Notes: generated by a model from the sequence alone, not told the origin. 64,000 bases of DNA from Eledone cirrhosa (GCA_964016885.1 OZ024743.1:370574001-370638000), one strand, 5' to 3'; numbered from the stretch's first letter, positions 10,770-22,142 are shown. A program made the numbers and translations.

Positions 10770-13700
10770 TTAATTGTAAGTTGTGATGTTGCTGTTCCAC
10801 TCATATTTTCTATTTAATTTTGGTTTTAATTCTTTTATGCTTACTGCCTCTGTAATTTGCCTAAACATTGCGTCTTTCTTGTGTGTGGATTCTATTTTTA
10901 TTTCTATGCTCTCTAACTTACCCCTGTGTTCTATCTTAGCATGTTGGTAGAGCACAGATGATTCTTTATTATCTTGGAGGTCTCGCCAGTGTTCATTTAT
11001 TCGTTCCCCTATACTACGAGCTGTCTCACCTATGTACACTATATTTTTGTTTCTACATTGTCCTTCAGTACATCTTATGCTATATACTACATTTCTAGTT
11101 TTACAGTTAATATGGGGGCTTATTTTACAGGTTATACATTTCTTATCTATACATGAGGGTCTTTGGAACGGGTATGTCTTGCTAATAAGTGTTTTTACGG
11201 AGGTACCAGGTCTTTCTACTATCTTAATATTGAGATTATGTTTCTTTAGGGCCCTTCTAAATTTGTAGGCTAGTTCGCTTCTAGGGGTTGTATTGATGAA
11301 CATTACGCTCTGGTATTTATTGCTATCATACCATGAGTTTATTCTATTGGCCTTGTTCTTAGTTCTTTCTATTCTATTCCAAAATTTGCTCCTATACAAG
11401 GGGCAGGTCCCATTTATGTCATTATTTACCATTTTTTCCCATTTGGTTCTGGCTCCTTTATACACTCTGATTCTATCTCTCTGATTGTAGCCAGAGAACT
11501 GCATACGGTGGATGAAATGTTGTATGTGTCTCTCTAGTTCTTCGGGGTTGCACATGCGGGACACATTTCTCATCACCCGTACCAAATCCGCAATCAGTAT
11601 GTTGATTTTGGTATGGTCCGAAATGGCCGAGTTTCGGTGGATCAGATGTTTGGAAGTCATGGGTTTGGCATAATGGGAATGGAGGATTTGTTTTTGGTTG
11701 TTAATTGTATCTAACCAGAGCTCTGTGTCTAGTACAGGTAATCGATGGTTGGGGTGTCTACTTGGGTAGTCTATAGTAACTCTAATGCTCTGGTGGATGG
11801 AGTTTGCTATTTGCTGGATGCTTTCCATTGTGTTTTTCTCTAGTTCCTGACTGTTCTTTAGTGGGGGTGTCTTAACTACGATGTTTATATCATCTACGTA
11901 GCGGGAGTACATTATCAGGGTTAAGCTGTCTTCTAATTGTTCATTAAGTTTTTGTTTAAGTCTACTGTCCCACCATACCATGAATAAGTTAGCTATGTCG
12001 CCTGCAATGCTAACACCAATGGCTGCTCCTTCCTCTTGGGCATATGTTTTACCATTAAATTTGAACATATGTTCCTTAAGGGTTAATTTTATGCTGGCCC
12101 CTACTGCATGTGCAATCATTTTCTTCAGTTCATCGTGGTTTTCGGGTGTCCGTATGGCTCTGGTCCACCCGTTCCATCTATCTGTGTGGGTTTTCTTGGC
12201 CATTGAGGTGATGGTAGGTGGTCTGCCTCTTGCTGGTCTTGTAGGGCACAGGTTGCTAAGGTCATAAGTGTCTAGGTAACTATTACTATGGGTAAGCTTA
12301 AGTAGAAGTCCCAGCTCACTGGTATCAATCCCACGGAACTCAACCTTGCTCTCGCTGATCATTTCGACGCATTTCTCCACAGCAAAATCCACGTCAATAG
12401 ATGGATACAGGGACACAACATCCATACTGCCTATTATGCAGCTTGTTAGGTCCCCAGATCGGTTACCCGCGCCGATTCTGCTGAGGAGGTCCTCCGTGCT
12501 GTCACACACATCTGGGGACATCTCAATGATGGGGCGTATGATCAGGGAGAGGAAGTAGGACAGTCTGTAGTTACTAGCAATGTTAGCCCCACAGACTGGC
12601 CGTGTTGGTGGTCCCGCGACAGGGTCCCAGCCCGTTTTATGGTCTTTTCGAAGCCCATACAACGCCGGCACGTCATTGTTCCAGGCCTGGAAGTTGTTGG
12701 CAGTCCTTTTGTTGGGCTGCATTATATTTGTCCACATCACCATATGGGCATTGAGGGTTTTTTCTCTATCCTCATGCTCCTGTGGTGTTACCTCTCTTGT
12801 GTTAGTGATGTGGGGTTGCATTGCCTGGATGTAGTTTGGCAGGCTGTCAACCGACATTCTGCCAGACTTGTCTGTTGGAAAGCATGCTATCTCTCCATTA
12901 CGCGAGCGCTGCATGAGCTTACGCAAGCCATTTGCAGATTCTTCTCCCAGTTGCTGAGCCTCTATTCTATTATGCTTCTTGCTATACTGTTCTATAATAT
13001 TTCTAAGTTCGGATTTAGCTATACTAAATTGTGCTTCTGTTTGTTCATCGACCTGCGACGGTAACTGTGTGCGTTTGTTAAATGGCAAAGTCGTGGCGTG
13101 GACTCGTCGTAGGTCGAATGATTTATCGGAGGGGTTATAAAACGGAGAGTTCCAGGCTGCTGCTTTATGTGTACTAGTGCTATTGTTATTGTTAGTTGTG
13201 TTGTTTCTATTTCCACCAACAGCAGCAGCCTCAGCTTCATGGTTGTTTCTATGTCTCTCATAATTACTCCTGTCTCTTTCCACTGGCTCAATGTTGTTAT
13301 CTACCCTATTTTGTGTGTCTGTGTGTTCGTCTTGGTTATTCTCTTTGTCCTTAGTCTCCCATCTCCTTTTCCTTTTAATCCTATTACTTTCTCTTATTTC
13401 TCTGATTTCTGTGCTACTGTCATTACTTGTTTTCTGTGTGTGTGTGTTTGTTAAGATTGTGGTGGTGGTGAGAGGCATTGAATGCGTGTGTGTTGTTGTT
13501 GTTGATGTGTGTTGTTGTTGATGTGTGTTGTTGTTGTCTCCGTGTGTGTGTGTGTTATCGTTGTTGTGTGTGTTGTTATTGTTGTTTGTGTTTGCGTGTC
13601 TGTTGTTGTATCTGGGTATGTTGCTATTGTTGTTGTTGTTGATGTGTGTGTTGTTGTTATTGTTGTCTCCGTGTGTGTTGTTATTGTTGTTTGTGTCTGC

Positions 13701-14621
13701 GTGTCTGTTGTTGTATCTGGGTATGTTGCTATTGTTGTTGTTGTATCTGGGTATGTTGCTATTGTTGTTGTTGTATCTGGGTATGTTGCTATTGTTGTTG
13801 TTATTGTTGTTTGTGTCTGTGTGTCTGTTGTTGTTGGGATGTGTGTTGTATACGTGTGTGCGTATATTGTTGCTTTTGTTTTTGTTTTTGATGCTCCAGC
13901 GTAGTTTCGTAAATGATTTTTCTATTTCTGACAGACAACTAATCATATTTACCTTCTTGAATGTCGCAAATTTGGGTGGCAGACGTAACACAGACATTTC
14001 ATTATTATCTATTTCCGTGTTTCCATAAATGTTGGTATTCTCATTGTTGAACTCTTCAGATAATGAGGTGTCGGCCATGTTGATACCGTCAATTTTGTCG
14101 GGATATCTATTGGTATACTCTATAGTATCCCGATTTAGCTTTGCCTGTTTAAGCCACTTTAATTTTCTGTTAAAGTGCTTATTACATTCTTGAGTAATGT
14201 ACTGTTCTTCGGGGCGTATAAGGCTTATAAATGTTAGTTTTTCTGCTGGTGTGGTGATTTTAGATATTTCTTGTATTAGGTTACGCTTTAGTTTTTCTTG
14301 ATGACTTAGTTCTCTATAGATCTTCTTTTTTATGTTTAGAATTAAAGTTCGTTTTAGCCTATCTGCTTGTTTTTTGGTGAGTTGTAATCTTCTAACGTCG
14401 GTATTGATGGTGTTGGTGTAGATTCTAGAAGTGGTGCACAGTTTTATGAAGCGTAGTTGTCGAGATGTTATGGTTTTTCGTAGACAACAGAACATGGTGG
14501 TTTTCAGTATCTTGTTAGCCTGGCTAAGGCTTACGATATTTCGTTTCTGAATTTGTTTAGCAAGATTCTTTATCTGAAATCGTGTGTTGAAACCGATATT
14601 GTTATACTTTGGGAGGGTCAT
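10770..14621 (-). CDS. PLE polyprotein (RT + C-terminal GIY-YIG endonuclease), about 1283 aa, uninterrupted
   Basis: TDKSG, LYGLRKDHK, RPV, SMDVVSLYPSI, QEEGAAIG, YSRYVDD, Cys linker, NVVY..YIGETAR; ATG at 14621 (MTLPKYNN). Confidence 0.93.
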   Translation of the reverse strand: MTLPKYNNIGFNTRFQIKNLAKQIQKRNIVSLSQANKILKTTMFCCLRKTITSRQLRFIKLCTTSRIYTNTINTDVRRLQLTKKQADRLKRTLILNIKKKIYRELSHQEKLKRNLIQEISKITTPAEKLTFISLIRPEEQYITQECNKHFNRKLKWLKQAKLNRDTIEYTNRYPDKIDGINMADTSLSEEFNNENTNIYGNTEIDNNEMSVLRLPPKFATFKKVNMISCLSEIEKSFTKLRWSIKNKNKSNNIRTHVYNTHPNNNRHTDTNNNNNNNSNIPRYNNNNSNIPRYNNNNSNIPRYNNRHADTNNNNNTHGDNNNNNTHINNNNNSNIPRYNNRHANTNNNNNTHNNDNTHTHGDNNNTHQQQHTSTTTTHTHSMPLTTTTILTNTHTQKTSNDSSTEIREIRESNRIKRKRRWETKDKENNQDEHTDTQNRVDNNIEPVERDRSNYERHRNNHEAEAAAVGGNRNNTTNNNNSTSTHKAAAWNSPFYNPSDKSFDLRRVHATTLPFNKRTQLPSQVDEQTEAQFSIAKSELRNIIEQYSKKHNRIEAQQLGEESANGLRKLMQRSRNGEIACFPTDKSGRMSVDSLPNYIQAMQPHITNTREVTPQEHEDREKTLNAHMVMWTNIMQPNKRTANNFQAWNNDVPALYGLRKDHKTGWDPVAGPPTRPVCGANIASNYRLSYFLSLIIRPIIEMSPDVCDSTEDLLSRIGAGNRSGDLTSCIIGSMDVVSLYPSIDVDFAVEKCVEMISESKVEFRGIDTSELGLLLKLTHSNSYLDTYDLSNLCPTRPARGRPPTITSMAKKTHTDRWNGWTRAIRTPENHDELKKMIAHAVGASIKLTLKEHMFKFNGKTYAQEEGAAIGVSIAGDIANLFMVWWDSRLKQKLNEQLEDSLTLIMYSRYVDDINIVVKTPPLKNSQELEKNTMESIQQIANSIHQSIRVTIDYPSRHPNHRLPVLDTELWLDTINNQKQILHSHYAKPMTSKHLIHRNSAISDHTKINILIADLVRVMRNVSRMCNPEELERHIQHFIHRMQFSGYNQRDRIRVYKGARTKWEKMVNNDINGTCPLYRSKFWNRIERTKNKANRINSWYDSNKYQSVMFINTTPRSELAYKFRRALKKHNLNIKIVERPGTSVKTLISKTYPFQRPSCIDKKCITCKISPHINCKTRNVVYSIRCTEGQCRNKNIVYIGETARSIGERINEHWRDLQDNKESSVLYQHAKIEHRGKLESIEIKIESTHKKDAMFRQITEAVSIKELKPKLNRKYEWNSNITTYN

Positions 14622-14754
14622 GTTGCCAATAAGAAACACACGCACCAGTTGCTTTCACTTCAATTTAATTTATTATATATTTATAAATTTACAAATTTAT
14701 AAATTTCTGGTTGGTTGGTTGGTTCCACAACCAGATAGTTGTTTATATATATAT

Positions 14755-14799
14755 AGTCATAGTTCTTTCGTCACACACTCTGTGACCTCTTCAGTGACT
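14755..14799 (-). ncRNA. Type I hammerhead ribozyme motif in 5' pLTR
   Basis: Reverse complement of 17647-17691. Confidence 0.8.
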
Positions 14800-14912
14800 G
14801 GGGATTTCTTTCTTCGTTTCTGTGCCTTTCCTTTCTTCTATCCTACGCCATTTTGTTTGTGTGTGGGTTGCGTGCTCAGTTTGCGCATGCGCCACATCCG
14901 GGTGTCTGTGTG

Positions 14913-17361
14913 TGTTGGTGGAAATAGAAACAACACAACTAACAATAACAATAGCACTAGTACACATAAAGCAGCAGCCTGGAACTCTCCGTTTTATAAC
15001 CCCTCCGATAAATCATTCGACCTACGACGAGTCCACGCCACGACTTTGCCATTTAACAAACGCACACAGTTACCGTCGCAGGTCGATGAACAAACAGAAG
15101 CACAATTTAGTATAGCTAAATCCGAACTTAGAAATATTATAGAACAGTATAGCAAGAAGCATAATAGAATAGAGGCCCAGCAACTGGGAGAAGAATCTGC
15201 AAATGGCTTGCGTAAGCTCATGCAGCGCTCGCGTAATGGAGAGATAGCATGCTTTCCAACAGACAAGTCTGGCAGAATGTCGGTTGACAGCCTGCCAAAC
15301 TACATCCAGGCAATGCAACCCCACATCACTAACACAAGAGAGGTAACACCACAGGAGCATGAGGATAGAGAAAAAACCCTCAATGCCCATATGGTGATGT
15401 GGACAAATATAATGCAGCCCAACAAAAGGACTGCCAACAACTTCCAGGCCTGGAACAATGACGTGCCGGCGTTGTATGGGCTTCGAAAAGACCATAAAAC
15501 GGGCTGGGACCCTGTCGCGGGACCACCAACACGGCCAGTCTGTGGGGCTAACATTGCTAGTAACTACAGACTGTCCTACTTCCTCTCCCTGATCATACGC
15601 CCCATCATTGAGATGTCCCCAGATGTGTGTGACAGCACGGAGGACCTCCTCAGCAGAATCGGCGCGGGTAACCGATCTGGGGACCTAACAAGCTGCATAA
15701 TAGGCAGTATGGATGTTGTGTCCCTGTATCCATCTATTGACGTGGATTTTGCTGTGGAGAAATGCGTCGAAATGATCAGCGAGAGCAAGGTTGAGTTCCG
15801 TGGGATTGATACCAGTGAGCTGGGACTTCTACTTAAGCTTACCCATAGTAATAGTTACCTAGACACTTATGACCTTAGCAACCTGTGCCCTACAAGACCA
15901 GCAAGAGGCAGACCACCTACCATCACCTCAATGGCCAAGAAAACCCACACAGATAGATGGAACGGGTGGACCAGAGCCATACGGACACCCGAAAACCACG
16001 ATGAACTGAAGAAAATGATTGCACATGCAGTAGGGGCCAGCATAAAATTAACCCTTAAGGAACATATGTTCAAATTTAATGGTAAAACATATGCCCAAGA
16101 GGAAGGAGCAGCCATTGGTGTTAGCATTGCAGGCGACATAGCTAACTTATTCATGGTATGGTGGGACAGTAGACTTAAACAAAAACTTAATGAACAATTA
16201 GAAGACAGCTTAACCCTGATAATGTACTCCCGCTACGTAGATGATATAAACATCGTAGTTAAGACACCCCCACTAAAGAACAGTCAGGAACTAGAGAAAA
16301 ACACAATGGAAAGCATCCAGCAAATAGCAAACTCCATCCACCAGAGCATTAGAGTTACTATAGACTACCCAAGTAGACACCCCAACCATCGATTACCTGT
16401 ACTAGACACAGAGCTCTGGTTAGATACAATTAACAACCAAAAACAAATCCTCCATTCCCATTATGCCAAACCCATGACTTCCAAACATCTGATCCACCGA
16501 AACTCGGCCATTTCGGACCATACCAAAATCAACATACTGATTGCGGATTTGGTACGGGTGATGAGAAATGTGTCCCGCATGTGCAACCCCGAAGAACTAG
16601 AGAGACACATACAACATTTCATCCACCGTATGCAGTTCTCTGGCTACAATCAGAGAGATAGAATCAGAGTGTATAAAGGAGCCAGAACCAAATGGGAAAA
16701 AATGGTAAATAATGACATAAATGGGACCTGCCCCTTGTATAGGAGCAAATTTTGGAATAGAATAGAAAGAACTAAGAACAAGGCCAATAGAATAAACTCA
16801 TGGTATGATAGCAATAAATACCAGAGCGTAATGTTCATCAATACAACCCCTAGAAGCGAACTAGCCTACAAATTTAGAAGGGCCCTAAAGAAACATAATC
16901 TCAATATTAAGATAGTAGAAAGACCTGGTACCTCCGTAAAAACACTTATTAGCAAGACATACCCGTTCCAAAGACCCTCATGTATAGATAAGAAATGTAT
17001 AACCTGTAAAATAAGCCCCCATATTAACTGTAAAACTAGAAATGTAGTATATAGCATAAGATGTACTGAAGGACAATGTAGAAACAAAAATATAGTGTAC
17101 ATAGGTGAGACAGCTCGTAGTATAGGGGAACGAATAAATGAACACTGGCGAGACCTCCAAGATAAAGAATCATCTGTGCTCTACCAACATGCTAAGATAG
17201 AACACAGGGGTAAGTTAGAGAGCATAGAAATAAAAATAGAATCTACACACAAGAAAGACGCAATGTTTAGGCAAATTACAGAGGCAGTAAGCATAAAAGA
17301 ATTAAAACCAAAATTAAATAGAAAATATGAGTGGAACAGCAACATCACAACTTACAATTAA
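14913..17361 (+). CDS. 5'-truncated inverted duplicate of the PLE ORF (complete RT and GIY-YIG)
   Basis: Same protein from VGGNRNN onward apart from a one-codon deletion (DNKE to DKE). Confidence 0.85.
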
Positions 17362-17646
17362 GGACAAAATGAAAACACACACACACATAAAACAAACAAC
17401 TTACAATTGAAAACACACACAAAATGAAAACACACACACACACATAGAACAAACAACCAACCAACAATAAATAAATAAATAAACAAACAAATAGAAAAAT
17501 ATAAATAGAAAAATAGAAAAATGAACACAAACACACACAGACACCCGGATGTGGCGCATGCGCAAACTGAGCACGCAACCCACACACAAACAAAATGGCG
17601 TAGGATAGAAGAAAGGAAAGGCACAGAAACGAAGAAAGAAATCCCC

Positions 17647-17691
17647 AGTCACTGAAGAGGTCACAGAGTGTGTGACGAAAGAACTATGACT
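17647..17691 (+). ncRNA. Type I hammerhead ribozyme motif in pLTR
   Basis: agtca CTGAAGA g gtcaca-gagtg-tgtgac GAAA g-aa-c TA tgact. Confidence 0.8.
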
Positions 17692-17924
17692 ATATATATA
17701 TAAACAACTATCTGGTTGTGGAACCAACCAACCAACCAGAAATTTATAAATTTGTAAATTTATAAATATATAATAAATTAAATTGAAGTGAAAGCAACTG
17801 GTGCGTGTGTTTCTTATTGGCAACATGACCCTCCCAAAGTATAACAATATCGGTTTCAACACACGATTTCAGATAAAGAATCTTGCTAAACAAATTCAGA
17901 AACGATATATATATATATATATAC

Positions 17925-17956
<32 letters not shown>

Positions 17957-17957
17957 G

Positions 17958-17997
<40 letters not shown>

Positions 17998-18650
17998 GGG
18001 ACGACGCCTTGTTTACCGTTAGGAACCATAGCCCCCGTAGGATAGAGAACCTTAACAAACATATACACAGGTTCTTTAAGTCATACGGCCTATCCGTAAC
18101 TATGGACCTCAACCACAAAGTTGTCAACTTCCTGGACGTGACCCTGGAGTTGAGTACGGGCTGATACAAGCCATACCATTAGCTTGGAGAGTGCCTCTCT
18201 TATATTAATTATGCCTCCAACCACCCTAAGCAGACTCTCAACTCCATAGTCTATAGTATCTCACATAGAATCTCGAGACTATCCGCCAATGAGGATATCT
18301 TCAACCAAGCGGCAGATTACTACAATAGGGCCCTGATAAGCGCCGGCTTTAACCGAGGAATTTCCTACATCCCTAACGCTAGCTCTAGAAACCACCCCCC
18401 TCATAAAACTAACGTTATAGTAAGCCATACCTATAACCGATCACGCGGCGACCTCGGTAAAGTCGGATATAATAGAATAGATAACCGCACCAAAGATCAC
18501 GACCCCGGTGACGGTGACGACTGTAGATTACTCGAACTATTCCCCTATTACAAAACCTACAAAGGCGGCGGCCTACTACCAACGCCTTCCAACCAACATC
18601 TTCGTGTACATAAACATGGAAGTGGTAGAAAGAGTGCACCCGAGCATAAA

Positions 18651-19676
18651 GTGAAAGGGGCACCGAACGGGCGACTGCGCATTAACACACATAAGAGCGA
18701 TCGCTTAGATGGAACCACCCGTAGCAAAAGTACAAGGACACGTAATCGCCACCGTAACCTCCTATGGTTCCACCCCCCCTACTCTCGAAGTGTGGCCTCC
18801 AACATACCCCGGATATTCTTCGAAGCCTTAGAGAAGAACTTCCCACCCAACCATAGGTATAGAAAAATTCTTAATAGGAACAATATAAAAATATCCTTCT
18901 CTACTACTCCTAACCTAGCAGACATCATAGGAACAACGAACCACAGTAAGATCACCAAGACACAGCACCTCGACGCAGACGCACCTACACCTGACAATAA
19001 CTGTATCGGCCTTAACAACTCCCTGACAGCATCCAATAGTGTTGGCAACGGCATCCGCAGACGCAACCAGAATGACCGCGAAGTGACTGGGGAGCATGCA
19101 AAACATGGCGTGCGGAATAACAATCGCACCATCCCGCGTGCTGTGGGTTGTAATTGTGCTAACGACAGCTGCGGTAGCACAGCTAACAACGTAGGCAGCA
19201 ACAATGATAGCCTTATCGTGGGAAATAGACGGAACAGCGACAGAAATTGCAACTGCCGCGACAGAGGACGGTGCCCCCTTAGAGGATACTGCTTGACCGA
19301 TAGGGTTATATATAGATGCACTATTACTAGCCACAATAGCGTTAAACATTATATAGGGGCCACCTCCGGCCCGTTCAAAAGTAGGTTTCGAACACATCTC
19401 CACTCTTTCACAAATAGAAAACTAAGGCACTCCACCTCGCTCGCGGATTACATCACATCACTAAAGGACTTAAACATTAGCTTCTCCACGCACTGGGAGA
19501 TTGTCGACAGGGCTGCACCGTACAACTTCAAGAGGAAATGCGATCTTTGCCTCATGGAGCTCTACCACATCATAACTGCACCCCACGAGCTCATCAACAG
19601 CAGAGCTGAAACAGCGATAAGTTGTACACATCGCTTAAAAATATCCTTCTTTAGATGGGTTAAGAATGGAGAGTGA
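18651..19676 (+). pseudogene. PLE linker and GIY-YIG ORF fragment
   Basis: RVIYRCTIT..HYIGATSGPFKSRF..H; CDLC..E. Confidence 0.8.
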
Positions 19677-19927
19677 AATAACACACTGGATCTCCCTGCA
19701 ACAAGTCTTAACACCCCGGCGGGCAGGCGCAGCAAAACAACACCCAGAAAACGATCCCTGCATACCAAAAATTATCCGGGAAAGACTGCCCTAACACCGG
19801 CCAAAGTTACCTCCCTTGACCTGCTGCAAAATCAAAGCAAGATATTTTTGCGAACAATGAATCTTGATGTCGATTTAACCCCCAAATCTCTTTCCAAACT
19901 ATATAAGGAACACTTGTGACTGTTTGT

Positions 19928-19966
19928 GCCCTTGAGAAGCCCAACTGGGCGAAACGTACGTAGGTG
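19928..19966 (+). ncRNA. Hammerhead variant with U3-A8 core
   Basis: cc TTGAGAA gccc-aact-gggc GAAA cgtacg TA gg; AATAAA at 19975; stem I weak. Confidence 0.6.
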
Positions 19967-20021
19967 ATATTTTCAATAAACATGTTTTAACGGTCTATTC
20001 TCCGATTTTTCACTTTCCCAC

Positions 20022-20059
<38 letters not shown>

Positions 20060-20063
<4 letters not shown>

Positions 20064-20489
20064 GATATTAAACAAATGGAAACTATATTTATAAAACCAT
20101 ATTTATTTCATTATACATATTTCAGGGATACCATATTAAAAATATGGCATGCCTTCGTCAGATAAAATACAATATATAACCAGTTTTATAAATAATTTTG
20201 ACGTACCATAAATATAGCGACCATTAAACCTCCTACCTTAATGGTCGCTATATTTATGGTACGTCAAAATTATTTATAAAACTGGTTATATATTGTATTT
20301 TATCTGACGAAGGCATGCCATATTTGTAATATGGTATCCCTGAAATATGTATAATGAAATAAATATGGTTTTATAAATATAGTTTCCATTTGTTTAATAT
20401 CGTATATCTACTCCAAAAACTTGTCGAGTGCTTTATATCAGTTATAAAATATTTACTTGTTGTAACCCAACAATTTTAAATAAAACTTT

Positions 20490-20492
<3 letters not shown>
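20060..20492. mobile_element. Foldback pLTR mini-element (family A) with a hammerhead in each arm
   Basis: Arms 20060-20227 and 20238-20407, 10-nt spacer, unpaired tail to 20492, (TA)n flanks. Confidence 0.9.
20297..20360 (+). ncRNA. Hammerhead motif (mirror copy 20105-20168, minus)
   Basis: attttat CTGACGA agg C atgccatatt-tgt-aatatggtat C cct GAAA tatgta TA atgaaat. Confidence 0.8.
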
Positions 20493-20538
<46 letters not shown>

Positions 20539-20773
20539 TGGGTCCTGTATTTTCATTGCTCTAGTGATGCGGCTGGACTGCCGACCGCTATATCTGATTT
20601 GCTAAGCTGGATGAACGTATTGTTATTAGTCTGGGGTTCTTTTCCCCATCTGAGTGCTAAAGCTACAGACCGATTCTGCATTCGTTAGCTTGGCCGTGTT
20701 CTAAAGCTTCGATAATGCTGTACTCAAATTTATATATATATATATATACTCGTATATATATATATATATATAT

Positions 20774-20957
20774 ACGATGTTAAACAAATGGAAACTATAT
20801 TTATGTAACCATATTTATATAAATATATATATAAATATATATAAATATAGTTTCCATTTGTTTAATATCGTATATCTACTCCAAAAACTTGTCGAGTGCT
20901 TTATATCGGTTATAAAATATTTACTTGTTGTAACCCAACAATTTTAAATAAAACTTT

Positions 20958-20960
<3 letters not shown>
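20774..20960. mobile_element. Shorter foldback copy of family A
   Basis: Same 3' tail as 20375-20492, preceded by an inverted aaacaaatggaaactatatttat arm. Confidence 0.8.
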
Positions 20961-20987
<27 letters not shown>

Positions 20988-20992
<5 letters not shown>

Positions 20993-21284
20993 GTTCACTC
21001 TCCATGGCTGAATACAATAAATATAATCTGAGTTTTTCGAATATAAATAATAATATTCGATTCATTTGCAATTATGCAAGCAGCCTCTTTTTTAAAGCCA
21101 TGTCAGTAGAAAGAGCCACTCATTCTTGCTTTGATGTAAACAGAACTGCAGACACTAATGTGTCTAGAGCAAGAATGAGGGACTCATTCTACTGACATGG
21201 CTTTAAAAAAGAGGCTGTTTGCATAATTGCAAACGAATCGAATATTATTATTAATATTCGAAAAACTCAGATTACATTTATTAT
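20988..21284. repeat. Foldback insertion in (TA)n, no recognisable hammerhead
   Basis: Arms about 21016-21134 and 21163-21283. Confidence 0.8.
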
Positions 21285-21304
21285 ATATATATACACACAC
21301 ACAC

Positions 21305-21394
<90 letters not shown>

Positions 21395-22021
21395 ATCTAT
21401 ATATATACATTATATAAAATTAACAAAGATCGGTGGTATTAATTCAATGGTCTCCAGCCAGCGTCTAGCTCACTCTTTGTCAAATTGCAGCAATGCCGTT
21501 ACAATCAGCCATTCAAAGTGCACACATTTAGTTAATAGCAGATGCTGTGGCAGTGTTTGGGTAGAGAGAAAGGTGAAATTCTCATCCCTTGGACAATATT
21601 GTTTCTGTGCAACATATCTTCACAAATCCAGATATAGAACCTCAATGTTCAGAAAATCACGTAATATGTGCTGACATTTACGTAACCTGGCTGTTACACT
21701 CATCAGCAAGGATACCCAAGTCATACGATAGTTCCAAACAGTGTGTGTTAACCATTGCCACAGGATAAGGTATCCAGTAGTCCCAGATGATTTAGAAATT
21801 TATCACAGACTATAACACATGATTTGGCAGTTGAATTCAAACAAAGGAATTTGTGCCAAGTAAAGAACATGCATACATATAAACATAATAAGATTCATGC
21901 ATATATTTATATATGCAAGCAAATAATAGTTGATGATTGATACAAAATCGAACATTCAATATAAACAAGAAATATCGAAAATCCTAACCTTGTACAGGAG
22001 ATCCCAATCAGTGCTGTAAGG

Positions 22022-22103
22022 AGGGGTCGATAAAATAAAGTACCAGTAATGAACTGGGTAATTGCTGGCCTTGTGCCTAAAGTAGAAACAAATATATATA
22101 TAC

Positions 22104-22142
<39 letters not shown>

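Larger units (their letters stand above)
10286..17904. mobile_element. Penelope-like element: full-length minus copy plus inverted 5'-truncated plus copy, with pseudo-LTRs, inserted in (TA)n
   Basis: 10286-13222 is the near-identical reverse complement of 14913-17845; pLTR sequence at 10286-10769, 14598-14915 and 17362-17904; (TA)n on both flanks. Confidence 0.95.
17991..20022 (+). mobile_element. 5'-truncated PLE of YRDD type (probably Hydra clade) in (TA)n
   Basis: Starts at YRDDAL; VNFLDVTL, LWFHPPYS, CNC..CPL..C, VIY..YIGAT; premature stop at 18162. Confidence 0.85.

Noticed and set aside
13167-14028. Hydrophobic V/C/L-rich plus-strand ORFs
   Set aside because: Antisense of the (AAC)n-rich PLE linker
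17345-17862. Antisense pLTR ORFs resembling membrane peptides (also 10406-10786, 35709-35990)
   Set aside because: The A-poor strand rarely forms stop codons; no protein-level conservation beyond MLP
18162-18164. In-frame TGA in a PLE as possible selenocysteine
   Set aside because: Not an evident Cys position, the copy is otherwise disrupted and no SECIS was seen; more likely CGA-to-TGA decay
21668-21710. Minus-strand CTGATGA plus hairpin
   Set aside because: G12 of GAAA is missing and stem I overlaps the core; at most a decayed hammerhead
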